A program made the position numbers and the translations under genes. The notes below the pieces were generated by a model that was not told the DNA's origin, made no database searches, and saw only the letters and a program-made list of their open reading frames with translations. 64,000 nucleotides of DNA from Camelus ferus (taxonomy: Eukaryota), in assembly GCF_009834535.1 (NCBI RefSeq), contig NC_045697.1, forward strand, positions 17,176,001-17,240,000, written 5' to 3'. Numbering within the stretch: the stretch's first letter is position 1; the number at the start of each line of letters is the position of its first letter. Shown piece after piece: positions 23,922-37,000 of this stretch.

Positions 23922-25709
23922 AGAGTACTTGTTGAACTTAAAACAATTCATTAAAATGTGCATCAATTTACACCTAGAATGCTGGGACCTGGGTCATGGA
24001 AAATTAGCTGTGGGGCACTTCCACCATTTAGTTCCCTTCTAGTTAACTAAAATTGTTTCCTCCAGATAGTGTTAAGAAAAAAAAAAAAAAAACAATGGTG
24101 ACATCATTTAAAAGCACTCCTTAGTTGCTGGCTTGGACTCTTAGTAGTAGACATTTCCTCCGGCAGTTTTCAGCTTAAACCAAAATGGGAAAAAGTGTGG
24201 CGGGAATCTGCCCCCAGCAAAGAGGAGCCAGGCTGTTTTCATTATCGAGAATCAGCTTCCATGAGAAAACTGGAGTGACTTAACCGAAGCTACATCTGTC
24301 GCGACCTCATCTCTGCTCCTATTTTACAAGCAGAAACAACTCACTCACCATTCATGACTGATGGCATAGGAAACAGGAGCCAAGCAGATTTTAAAAGCCT
24401 TGTCCATCATCCTTTCTACAGCTTATAAGGCATGGCCAAGCCTCCACCTTATTAGCCAAGGGACATTCTAAGTAACTTTCCAACCAAGCTAAGTAGGCGC
24501 CAATGCCAGAAAAAGGCAAGAAGGGTCAGGCGAGAAGACAAAATGGACACAGTGAACCCCGTGCCTTTTATTGGCAAGAAAAGAGGAGCCGCCTGGCACT
24601 CATGTCTTCATCCACTGCAAGATGCCCCTTCAATCCATGTCCTCTCCCCTCCTCCAAATTGGATTTATAATCTCCAGCCCCTTATACAGAATCTCTGGTA
24701 CGGGTCAATGGCTGTCACTGTGAAAACAAGAAAAAGAAAAGCTTACCACTTCCTAACACTTTTTAGTCCCAAGGCACAATAGTACCCTTTATATATTTGT
24801 TTTCAACTAATGCCGTATAGGAAACGATAATGTTAATTTATCTGAGAGTATTGACTGGAAAAGAGCAAAATGCCAGCACCCAGTGGTCACAAACCAGCAA
24901 ACAGCACTTGTACAGCGTGAGTGGGGTGGGAAAGAACTGATACGCCTATTACATTAGAATCCTCTTTCCATTTTGGCCATCCACATAAAACAGGCCGGCT
25001 GAAGCCAGGTGTCCTGAACTTATTGGAATCCTCACTACTATCTCTGTAAGAGATAATGAGTTTCCCAAGCATGTGTGAATTGTACTAGGGAAGTGACAGG
25101 GAGTCCCTCTCAGTCAATATTTCCATGGAAAGTCACTTCGCAGGAAGGCCCAGGGTCTGACCTAAGCTAATAAATGATTATCCTTCGCTACTAAAATCAG
25201 GACCCTAATTAACTTGCTAATTGTTGGTCTCTGTTCACGGACATTAACCTGAGTTATCCCACCACATACACCTGTAAGTAAATTACAGCCTCTGTACTCA
25301 AGATGAACCTTCTGTCCGGGTGGATAAATGTGACTTTGGTGTGTCAGCCACACATAATTCTTTTAAGTGACCGAGTGTAAAAGATTCTATTATGGGCACT
25401 TCTCCAAGCAAATTAAATGGACACAAACTCCCTCCAACAATTTATTTCCTCAATAGAGTCCATGGGCACTACTCTCTGAAAGGCATGGTCTCCTTGCTCT
25501 TATGTTTCTCTTTTCTAACTGTAGTATCTACCCTTGCTGGCGTTCCCAGCAGTATAAGCTGACCATTGCATGTTCATTATCACCCTTAATCCCCACAAAG
25601 AACTATGAGGTCTGTGTTATTATCAAGCCCATTTTATAGAGGAGGAAATGTGCAGGGAGTTCAAGTGACTCGTCTTAGCTTTTACTGTTAGTGCCCATCC
25701 TTATCCCTC

Positions 25710-26077
25710 TGCACTGGACTGAATATTTGTGACCCCACCCCCACCCCCAATTCATACGTTGAAATCCTAAACTCCAAGGTGATGGTGTTAGGGGGTATTA
25801 GGAGATATTGGGAGGTGATCAGGTCATGAGAGTGGAGCCCACATGAACTGGATCAGTGTCCTCGTAAAAGGGACCCCAGAGGGCTCTCTCGGCCTCTTCC
25901 TACCACGTGAGGAGACAAGAAGTAGGCAAGTAAGAAGAGGGCCCTCACCAGAACCCGACCACGCTGGCACTCTGATCTCGGCTTTGCGGCCCCCAGAACT
26001 GTGGGAAATAAATGTCACTGTTTATAAGCCTCCTAGTCTAGGGTACTTTGTTACAGCAGCCTGAGCTGACCAAGACA
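25710..26077 (+). mobile_element. MaLR solo LTR (MLT1A-like)
   Basis: TG...CA termini, aattcatacgttgaaatcctaa..ccagaactgtgggaaataaatg..acagcagcctgagctgaccaagaca, and TSD ccctc/tcctc. Confidence 0.9.
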
Positions 26078-26109
26078 TCCTCCATACTCACAGGTTAGCA
26101 TACTTCACG

Positions 26110-26505
26110 TCCTAAAGCCCAGACTCTGCTCCAGGGCTTCCTCTGTTCACAGGAGCACCTGAGCCCATGAGTACGGCAGTGTGGAAGCACCCAGGAGCTG
26201 ATGTTCCCTGTCCCGGGAGCAGCCCTCCAACAAAGACAGGTGGGAGTTGGTGGATAACACTCGAGCTTCCTCGCCCCCTGAGTGGGAAAAGGCTGAGGCC
26301 AGTCTGCATGGTCATCCAGAGGTCCCAGCAGAACTGGGTCCCTGTTGTCCATGGTAGTAACCTGCTCATTAACATCCCTTTTACTGGCTTCCTGACCCTT
26401 TTCCCCAAGATAATTGAGGGCATCCAAACACATCTGCACCCAAAGAAGTAATTGCAACTCAAGTCTAAGACTCGGGGCCAACTTCTGGGAGAAGCTAACC
26501 TACCA
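26110..26505 (+). mobile_element. ERVL-type LTR remnant (LTR16/33-like)
   Basis: acctgctcattaacatcccttttactggcttcc..caagtctaagactcggggccaacttctgggaga resembles LTR16-family 3' ends. Confidence 0.45.
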
Positions 26506-26919
26506 TATTTGCCAAAGGTCATGTCACCAACAAACGGCACGGTTGAAATCAGACCCCAGGCTGGTTGACACCAAAGACCAGACTCCTACCTTTTAGGTGA
26601 TACCGTCTCCTTTCATCACGATGCCTGGTGTCTTTACATAAATCCAGCATCCCATGTCTGGCATCGTATGTAATCAATGCATTCAAGTAATGAATTGAAA
26701 TTATACTTTTCCATATTTTTGTTATATTTGTTCCTGCCTGTGTTTTTTCCAGCAGCTCTACTTGCTAAAATAGTCTGGGTTGAAGGCTGCAAAAGGCGTT
26801 AACTCTGACCTTCCTCTGATGCAACCACTTCATCTCTACATCCCTGATATAGGGCCACCCTGCTTATCATCTGAGCTACCTCTAGACATGGTTGAGTCCT
26901 TCCTGTTAGTAAAGACCTA

Positions 26920-27130
26920 ACATTTATGAGTACTCAAGATATACCAGGTGATATCCCAGGGGCGTCATACATACTATCTCCTTAATCCTCACAACTTTTT
27001 CAAGCAGGTGTTACTAACTCCATTTTACAGATGAGTAAACTGAGGCTGGTAACCTGCTCAAGGTCAGGCAGTTAGTATGTGGCAGTCAGAATTGGAATCC
27101 AGGTCTCTCTGACTCCAAACTCCAAGCTCT
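26920..27130 (-). mobile_element. MIR SINE
   Basis: ccattttacagatgagtaaactgaggct..ctcaaggtca..ggaatccaggtctctctgactccaaa. Confidence 0.8.
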
Positions 27131-27216
27131 TTTTGTGTAACAAATAGTGTTTCCATGTGCCAGGTACTGCTCCAAGATCTCAAAATACTTATTTAATCTT
27201 TAAAAGAACCCTATGA

Positions 27217-27966
27217 TGTGGAGAAAAGGGCCCCTTGTACACTGTTAGTGGGAATGTAAAGTGATGTAGCCACTATGGAAAACAGTATGGTGGTTTCTCA
27301 AAAAACTAAAAATAGAACTACCATATGACCCAGCAATTCCACTCCTGGGTATATATCCAAAAAAAAAACAAAGACACTAACTCAAAAAGATGCATGCACC
27401 CCAATGTTCACAGCAGCATTATTTACAATTGCTAAGATATGGAAGCAACCTAAGTATCCATTAACAGATGAATGGATGAAGAAGCTGTGGTATATATAAA
27501 ATGGAATACTATTCAGCCATTAAAAAGAACAAAATCTTGTCATTTGCAGCAACATGGATGGACTTGGAGGACATTATGCTAAGTGAAATAAGTCAGACAG
27601 AGAAAAACAAATACCATATGATATGACTTATATGTGGAACCTAAGGAATACAACAAACAACAAACTAGGGAATATAACAGAAAAGAAGCAGACTCACAGA
27701 TCTAGAGAACAAACTAGTGGCTACCAGTGGGGAGAGGGAAGCAGAAGGGGCAATATAGAGGTAGGGGACTAAAAGGTACAAGTTATTAGGTATCAAATAA
27801 GCTACAAGGATATATTGAACAACATGGAGAATACAGCCAGTATTTAATAATAACTATAGATGAGTATAACCTTTAAAAATTGTGAATTGCAATTGTATAC
27901 CTATAACTTACATAATACTGTACGGCAACTATACTTCAATTTTAAAAAGTTTTAAATGTTTAAAAA
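27217..27966 (+). mobile_element. 5'-truncated L1 (ORF2 end plus 3' UTR) inserted into a MIR
   Basis: tgtggagaaaagg..gaactaccatatgacccagcaattccactcctgggtatata..aactatacttcaat. TSD taaaagaaccctatga (27201-27216) / taaaactaccctaaga (27967-27982). The MIR halves at ~27150-27216 and ~27983-28120 rejoin. Confidence 0.93.
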
Positions 27967-29520
27967 TAAAACTACCCTAAGAAATAGACCCTATCATTAT
28001 TCCCATTTTACAGCGGTGATAACTGAGGCACTGAGAGGTTAAGTAACTTGCAAAGATCACACATTAAACAGAGGCCAGATTCATACCCATGCACTCTGGC
28101 TTCTAGTCCATGCTCTTAAACACGGTTTTTTGTTAACTCCCTTAATCATGACAGGCTTTAATGACACAAATTCTTATGCTACATGTAAATACCCTCAGTG
28201 CCATTTCTGCCCAATGCTCTTAGTTTTGCCTTCCAGAATGTAATACTAGTCTCATCTTTTTCCCCTTGATAAAACTATAAATATTCAAAGATGGTGATCC
28301 TGTTTCTTCTCACGTGGTCTCCCTACTCTAACAATGCCTTGACTTCAAAACCCCTCAGCGTAACATCCAGGATCTATGGAAACTCACCATCCCTGTTGCC
28401 AGTTTCTCAGAGCTGAGTTCCCTCAGGTGTGGCTGGACCACTGCACAGCACAATGTGAAGATGACTTCCCATGCCCTGATGCAGGACTTGGACTAGTGAT
28501 GCCTGGGGGTGGCTTGGCCTTTTTCAGCAGCTGATCCCATGGAGAAGCTCAGCAAAGAAGACATGCTCTCGTCCTGTTCCACCCCCACTGTCACACACAC
28601 ATCCTTTTTCCATACCTGGCAGACAGCATGGAAGAGCAGGGGCCATGACAAACACGTTGGGCTGGCTACAAACAAACCAAGACCCTCGTTTCTGTTGGTT
28701 ATGATTTTCCCACTGATGTTGTGTGTTTCTTTATGGTTTAAAAACAGAGAAATTTCCCTGTTCGTTTGTTTGCAAACATTTATGTAGAGCCAGCCTCTCT
28801 ATGTCAGCGCCCATGCCAGGAGCCGGGAATAGAACAATGGTTGCTGCTCTCCACGAGCTCAGACCTTGTAAGAAGACAGGCATAACCAAATTATCTTCAT
28901 CCAGATCCTTCTCCCCATCTCCTGACCACTAAAGCATTTTTAGAGCTTTTTAGGAGCAATCCTTACACCTCATCTCTTCAGGACATACACTCTTCTCCAG
29001 AGATCTGGTCCTGTAGCATACACTACCATCTCCAAGCAGATGCCACCCCTCCTGGGTACCTCCAGCCCAGACTCTGCCCCAGCTTCTCACCCTGTGTCCA
29101 GCTGCCCGCACACATTCTCACCTTGGGTGAGGAGAATGGAAATTGCAGGCGGATGAGAGTGGGTAATGAGGCAGGGACTTGCATGACGTGTGGTCAAGAC
29201 ACAAGAGAACGTGGCAGCTGGGGGTGCGGGGGAAGGAGAGGGTAGCAAAAGACAGATGAAAGACGTAGCAGGGGCCAGAGCTCAAAAGGCCTTCGAGGGA
29301 CGAGGAAAGACAATCTGATCTAAATGACAAATGGGAAAACAGCATATATGAAATACATCAGAGATTCAGAGAACCTAAAACTCCCCAGCTTACCTCTGAG
29401 AGTTGACCTGCTAAGTTCCCACAGCAATACAGTCAATAAGGCTGGAAATGGAGGCTCTTTTCTTTCACAGCCACTATCAGCAAGAATCTCATGAGCTTCC
29501 CCCAGAGGAGATGAATTCAT

Positions 29521-29578
29521 TCTCTCTGTCTGTCTGTCTGTGTCTGTCTGTCTCTCTCTTGTCTCTCTCTCTCTGTGT
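29521..29578. repeat. (CTGT)n/(CT)n low-complexity tract
   Basis: Directly visible. Confidence 0.85.
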
Positions 29579-29760
29579 CCTCTTCTATAGATGGCTTGTG
29601 TGTGTAACACCCTGAGTTTGATCATTTACTATTGGAATGACTCTATTTTAACTTTCACGCTTAAAGCTTCGAAGAGAAAAAATCTAGTATTATTTTTAAA
29701 TGCAAGATACACAGGTGAAAGCTAGAGAAACAGATAGTCAGGACACTAACACACAAAAAA

Positions 29761-30020
29761 CGCAGCAGCATTCCTAGCCCACGTGACAACGCCCGCCTTC
29801 TGTTGTTCAACAGGCCAAGGCTGCACCATCCGCGAAAGGAACTGTGCTCTGACAGGTACGAGATCAGGAAGGCAGCAGAGGGAAGGGGGCGGGCTCCCGG
29901 CAAGAACGTAAAGCCTGATCCTCCCCTTGGACCAGACAGTGTCCTCAAACACAAACGCGTTGTCCAGAAGAATTTTCCACACAGGGAATAAAAACACAAT
30001 AAACGGGACGTCAGCCCGAT
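29761..30020. promoter_or_regulatory. Candidate enhancer or minor promoter (CpG-retaining patch)
   Basis: 15 CpGs counted in 260 bp, with CACGTGAC at 29780, GGGGCGGG at 29886 and GACGTCA at 30007. Confidence 0.45.
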
Positions 30021-30249
30021 CCTGACATTCTCAGGGAGTTTTTCTGTCATAATAAAACTTGCAGACTGACAAGACCAAGGCCCCTGCAAAACTCGCATTC
30101 CTTCAGTGTTGCAATTTATAGACTATTCTTCACATTCTGGACCCAGGGGGCGTGTCCTGCAGGAACTCCAGGTGTGAGTCCCCACTCCCAGGGGCCTACC
30201 CTTTGAGAAGCTCCCCCACTTCAGATACTGGATGTGACCATCTTACTTT

Positions 30250-30381
30250 TTAAAAAAAAACGTATCTCCCACCATCTCGTCTTGCTGCTCCGGACTCCGG
30301 CACCGACTGCCGCCCAAGCACAATTCCTGAGACCTAGCAGACAATTAATAAGAAGTTTGTTGAACCCGTGAATGAATGAAT
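30250..30381 (+). mobile_element. L2 3' end
   Basis: cccaagcacaattcctgagacctagcagacaattaataagaagtttgttgaa..gaatgaatgaatg. Confidence 0.65.
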
Positions 30382-32400
30382 GGATTCATTCATGATCAAA
30401 TGATCACAGATATGCTTTCCTGGGATTCCAGAAAAAGTAAATTCACTCAGAGGTTTTTTGCTTTTTTTTTAAAGTAGGGTGCAGAGGAAGATAAAATGAT
30501 TAGGTTTTTCTTCCCCTCCACAAAATAGATTCCACCGCCAAGAAGTAGCCTATGACTAGCTGCTTTGCCTTAAAGTAAATACAAGTGTTTCTTGGCCCCA
30601 TTCTCCTCACTTCCAGAAAAGGAATGAGATCCTTGCATCTAACTTTCCAAGAAACATCTAGAGGCTGTCTGCAAGTCTCTTCATCCAAGCGGTTACACTC
30701 ATGTCCATTAGCTGACATAGTCAGGCACAGTCTGTTCCCAAGGATCCTGGTTAAGCTCTTCCACTAGCTTCCACACTTGGGTTTCAACAGAAGGATGCTA
30801 AACATACCTTCCTTTACAAGACAAAGAGAGGCACTGGAGACCACATACAGAGGCCCCTTTGAAATATCACGCCTGCAAAAAAAAAAAAAAAAAATCAAAA
30901 TGTCCTAAAGCTCACTGAACAAGAATCATTATAAGGACCTGATTCCAAAGGGCCCCAATAATCATTAGGAAATTCTATTCAGACAACTGCCAAGCACAGA
31001 TCCTGAGGCATTTCCTCTACCGGGTGTCATTCTCTGCGACTCTCAGTTCAAGCTTTTCTCAGACACTGGATTCTTTTCAGGAAATGTGCCCAGAGACAAT
31101 GCCTTCGCATATTTCCCCGTGACAATGTGACCTTCGGTGAAGAGTGTGAAAGTCAACCTCATTCATGTACTTGGAGCATTTCTAAACCTTGTGTATGTTC
31201 CAATTTTATAATACATCTTGCCAAATAAAAATTGGGTTGACTTATGTTGGCCCCAATCTTTTATTCAGAGGCTGGGCTCCCTTATATGTTGAGACCTAAC
31301 ATTCATGTTGGCTCAATATAAACATTTGGTGCCAGCTTGAAGTAATTGTATCACTAATTACTATTGAATTATAGTGGAAATCATATAGAAGTACTTATAA
31401 CATTCAGACTAAAACAAGAATGAGTCCATGCGATTAATGTTATTAACATGGCATTCAGTTCAGTAATATACCATAATGATCAGGCTATTATATTAAAGTG
31501 TTACTAAATATTCACTTAGCTCCAAAAAAAAACACAGTGGGTGTGAGGTTTCTTTGTCAGATTTGGAATTTAAACAGCGTTCTTTGTCAGATTTGAGCCT
31601 GGTATGAAGCCCCAACAAAGTCTGCCTACTAAAGGAATGTTTACAAAGACAGAAAATACCCACAGAAGGAACCAGTTTATCATAAACAATACAAATATTT
31701 ACTTGATTATTTAATGGGTGCCCAGCATGTCTGTCCTTAATGTAGCATTAGCTGACATCAGGAACACACCATATGTGCAAATAATTAATTCAAATTAGGC
31801 TTTTCTTCCAGTGAGTTCTCTTCTAAAGGAGGGAAATTAATGTGGAGGCATATTCGGGAGCAGGGAGTTGGAGACACTCTCTCCATGTCTGCCTTTATGG
31901 GTACCTAGTTTTTAATACTTCATCCTCATTGTCATTCTGCTGCCAAGAGCTGGTGGCATTTGAAATGCTCCTACAGTGCTCCTTATGTAATCAGTAGGAT
32001 GACTAACACAGCGATTAAAAACCTGACTTGGCTAAAGATTTTCTTAGGAGATTAAGCTTTAGATGCCCAAGATCCCCAGAATAAGTCCACCTCTTTTAAC
32101 AACCACCACAACTGCAAAATAATCGGCTTGCAAATATCAACAGCGGATGATCCATCACTCCTAGCTTTCGGGAGTGGAGAGAGAAAGCAGGCCATTCAGA
32201 TGAATATAAAGTATTTCCAGTTAAGGTGCTGGAGGCTTATTTATAATAAAGATACTCAGACTCGATGAAGGGGTTTCCTGTGGGCAATCACACCGTCCCT
32301 TTTCCCTCTGAATTAATACATGGCAAACACTGATTTGCATGACATTTCAGCAAAAGGGATGTTCAGGCACAAAGTGCTACATTAAAAGTGGCAAGTATTT

Positions 32401-32590
32401 GGGGGAGGGTATAGGTTAGTGGTATAGTGTGTGTTTAGCATGCATTAAGGTCCTGGGTTCGATCCCCAGTACCTCCAATAAATTAAAAATAAATAAATAA
32501 ATATACCTAATTACCTCCCCCCACAAAAATAAAATTAAATTGCAGCCAAAAAAAAGATAAGATCACACATTAAAAATTTTTTTGAAAAAA
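32401..32590 (+). mobile_element. tRNA-derived SINE (vic-1-like), long-tail form
   Basis: tRNA-like head, (AAAT)n, cctaattacctcccccc and an A-rich tail. TSD aaaagtggcaagtattt (32384-32400) / aaaagtagcaagcactt (32591-32607). Confidence 0.9.
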
Positions 32591-34068
32591 AAAAGTAGCA
32601 AGCACTTAAACCATAAACTCTTGTGATGTTGCTTCCAGGGAGGTTAGGTTGCCTCAATGACGCCCCCACCCTGCCCCCGCCCTCCAACTCTGCAAAGGGC
32701 GAAGATCTCTGGCTTCTCCCTGTCTCTTATGGCATCATGTTCTTACATCTTTCTTCTCTAACTGTTCAGGTAAGTAATACTTGAGCCTTTCATCTTTCTA
32801 AGAATAATAAGCAAAGAAGACAGAAAAAAAAATCAAAGAATTCCCAACTTCCCTCCAATGAGGAAACCGATCTTTCCTGAGAGCAAAGCATCCCGGGCCT
32901 AATATGTAGTTCTATATCTTGTATATGTGTGTGTGTGCACATACCTATACACATGCATGTGTTACAGAGCTGCTGTGAGCATTGAATTAGACAATACACA
33001 CGGAATGATCAGCACAATATCCGATACCTGATAAGCTCTCAGTAAATGTTAGCTCCAACTACGATCCTTGGATTGAATCTGGAGCATTGAGCACAATGCT
33101 TGCTACACTGGCAGACCTGAATAACAGCAGATGAATGAATGATTACTAATCCCCGTGACCTGCCTCTACATAGCTGAAGACTAAGGCTCATGGAAGTTAT
33201 GTTGCCTGCACAGGGGTCACACCTCCGACAAATGCTACATCTAGGATTTGAATCAGATCTGTTTGAGTCTGAAACCCTGGCCCTTTTTACTCCACCCTGC
33301 TGATTCTCAAATGCCTTCAATAACAAACTAAGGCAGAGACGGCATTGAATAATTGAAAAGTTCATCGATCTATTTCAGATTTCAATGGGACTTCTGAACA
33401 AAATAAGGCCTCCCACCACAATAAAGAAAAAAGATATTCCAAATTATTTTTAAATGGCTTCACAGGGTTTCTCAATATTGTACAGATGACTGTGAAAAAT
33501 TTAACATTCAAAATCATAAACTTAGTCCCTGCCCAGTGACATTTTCTTCTTTTCTAATGAATTTGTATTTAAGAGGAAAATTCTGAAATTGAAACAATGG
33601 TGATGATAGAGTAATTCATGGCTCAGTGCTATATTAGCAATTAATTAAATCTCCCCAGCAATACAGAGAAACCAGTCATCTGCCTTGTATTTTTTTTTTC
33701 ATTTCGCTTCCTGTATCTTGTACATTCCCCAAAGCAATTCTTTGCAGTGATTTTACCTTCCATGCACAAATCTAATAATCCTTCTTGTTCTTAAGCATCA
33801 TGGGTACACAGCATTGTTATTATATTATTAAATGTACATCAGATAAATTTCAGTTGGGCTGCATTCTCCAAGATGCTTTTTGTTCCCAATCACTTATTTT
33901 CTATTTCTCATGAGTAAACATTGATGTCTTTATTAGCAATAGGTTTTTTTCTTTATTTTTTTAACCTATGCTTCGACATTTTTTTAATAGTTTCGTTGCT
34001 AATCACAGGATTTAGTCAGTCTCCTGTGCACATTCACGAGTCTGTAATCTTAACAAGCTATACGCTGA

Positions 34069-34092
34069 TGATTGACAGATAATACTTGACAG
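34069..34092 (+). promoter_or_regulatory. PBX-MEIS/PREP decamer TGATTGACAG plus a second TGACAG
   Basis: TGATTGACAG at 34069-34078 and TTGACAG at 34086-34092, in unique AT-rich sequence. Confidence 0.45.
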
Positions 34093-37000
34093 GCTCAAAA
34101 TTAGAGAATATACAATGAAAAATTCAGAACAGCCAGATCACTTAGTATGCTACCCTCTTCCAATCTGGCTCCTCTCATAATCATCAGCTTGGGAGGGAGA
34201 GAAGGAGGAGCTGAACAGTTCCGCACTCTCTGATCCACCCAAGAATGAAAACCACTGGGCTTGAACCCGTCTGGAAGAGTCATCGGTCAGAAATTACCAA
34301 ACCAAGAGTTGAAATTCACACCACCAAAACAGTAAGTCAAATATATGGTTCTCTGGCATTTAAACCAAAACATCAGCCTCTCCTTCCTCAAGCCAGCTAA
34401 AACATTGTTTTCACATATTTTATTCAGTTCCATTCATTGAGGGAAGTTACCGTTTATGTAGCATTACTCTTTAAATCTTTAATGAGAAAAGAAATCATGT
34501 CATATTTATTGAAATGATTAGGCCAATTTTTTATTGACTCTCTACCAATTTATGTGAGAGCGATATTTACCTGAAACCTTCCTAATCCGGGAAGGATTAA
34601 TTGATGACTTTCTGCTATAACATTTGACTCAACTACTACTGATCTAGCTAAGAAAAGGAGTCTTTGTTTTGTTTTGCTTTACTGCCCTTAACTTCTACTT
34701 TAAGCCTCCTCACACCACGACCAACAGCAAATATTTTTTGCCTCCTGCTTTCAGGAGAATCGAGTGACACAAAACTCATACCAATGAAACCAGCAGCATT
34801 AAATGTCTGGGGGGCTGCCAGAGGCCACGCCTGCCCAGGGAGATGCTACTCGAAAGACTCGACCCTGGTTCCAAGGCGGTCTCCTCTGCCCTCCCCAAGA
34901 TCTTAATTCTACGCTATTTTCAGTCAGCGCCCCATTGTGAGGAGCTGGGAGCCAACAAAACCTAAGTTGGGCAGGCCCTTCCTAGAGGTCATTCACAGAA
35001 GAATTCCACTGATACCAGCCATGGGTAGGACTTTCTGCCCTCTGAAATAAAAATAAGTATTTTCTTCCCTTTTCTGTTACCTTCCAATTCTAATCATGCT
35101 CAGCCGATGACAGCTATGCTGGGATTCCCGCCAGGAACATCTTGGGAGGGGAGGAGTCAGTGCTCGAGGGATGGCTATTTGACATGCACACTTGTGGGCG
35201 TCAAGCAGGGTTGTAGACCTGTTAGACCCCTGCTGTCTTCCAGTGTGGACATTCAAAATAGGTCATAATGGATAAAATTGCTGAAATGTGGCTTTAGTCC
35301 TTTTAGAAAGCTATTGCTGTCAAGAGAAGCATTTGGGTTAATGGTCAGTAATGACTGGTAGGAGCCCAGGGGTTAGTAACCACTCCTGCGGAAGGAAAAG
35401 TGGGCACCTGAGGAGGAAGTGGGGGGTGGTCCTGAGGCAAATCGCAAGGGACGACGATAACCCCAAATTTCCTCCATCAGAGACACATACACTGAATAGC
35501 CACGATTGGGCCAAATCAGTCATGAGAATCAAATTGTTTAATTTAGAATCAAGTTTGAAAGAGAAGACACAGACAGCAAAGTGCTGTTCCCCAACAGCCC
35601 TCTTGACTTAAAAGGCACTTATTTAAAAGCTTCAGTATAGTAGGTTCACAGGCTAGAAAATTCCAGATGAAATGGGCTTCACAGTGAGCAAATATGTCAG
35701 GAATCCGGTCAGCTAAGCCACCTCAACCGCAAACTCCAGGGGCTTGAATTATGAAAGCAGAGAGTAATTCCAGATTAAGTAAGTAATTTAGAGGAAACAC
35801 TAGGAAGATATCGAGTGATCTTTAAATGCCTAAAAAAAGTCTTTTCCTCTCTTGTTTTCTTTGAAATAGCAGTTTTATTTTCTATAAACATTCTTATTGA
35901 GTAGATATGTATTAATATCTACACTGGTTTTGTTGTTTCTCTGTGGCTATAGGAAAAAGAAAAAAAAAAAGCACCAATCTGGCCATTTTCAGGCTCTTTT
36001 CATGCTTGAAGAGGTAGGGGGTGCTTTGGCCAGCCCCCAGCATGACCAGAAGCTCTAAAACACTCTAATAAACAGGTACAATCAGGGCAATCATATTCCT
36101 CCAGGGGCGTGGCAAGGAATTTTAACCTTTTCTTCAAGGGACACAAAATACCTTCCCCCTTTGGTACTTTTCCACACTTACCTATGGTTTCTACATGGAG
36201 AACAGAGAAAGGAAAAGACCTCAAAATTATATAAGTAAGGTTTTCTAAAAATACCTCCCCACAACTTGCCAAAATGACTGAGATATTTCTAATTCACTTT
36301 CAAGTCACAGAAACCTAAACACTTTGCTATATGTTAAGATGTCAGACGTGACTTGTCTTAACCAGCTGGGTCAAATGTGAGATGGAAACTGCAGTAAGAA
36401 GGAGTGAGTTCCAAACACCATGCGTATCCAAGCTGGACGACTCCAACTCAGACTCAGCAATCTGTTAAAGGGACAATTTTGAAGTTTGGTACAATTTTAG
36501 GGTAGCAATCCCGAAATAAAGCTATAGATGGGACAGACAGCCACAGAAGGTTAACAGATACTTTCAATAAGCGATAAAGATATTTCGTAGTCATGGTAAC
36601 CCACATGCAAATTTAGAACATTTATTTTAAAAGTTGTCTCTCCCCTTTCTCCCAATATTGCTTCTAGTTCTCTTTTTTCTATATTCTTATCTGAAGCTGG
36701 GTAACTAAGATGCCAACTATAATGGAATCGAATTTTTGAGTTTCTGTCTTCGAGATGGAACTTAGTCATCTTAAGGCAGATCCTCTGAACGAGGGCTTTT
36801 AAAATATCCATATGCAACTCTATGCATTTGTATCATGTAATTTAACGCCACAAGAAATTTGCAAAAAAACCTTTAAGTGTCCTGTTCCACACAGGCTGTG
36901 CAATAAAGTGGTTCATATTATAATTAATTTCTTAAGCATTAAGCTGAAGGGAGGCCATTGAAACTTCACATGTATGAAAGGCAGGACTTCCCCTGAAACA

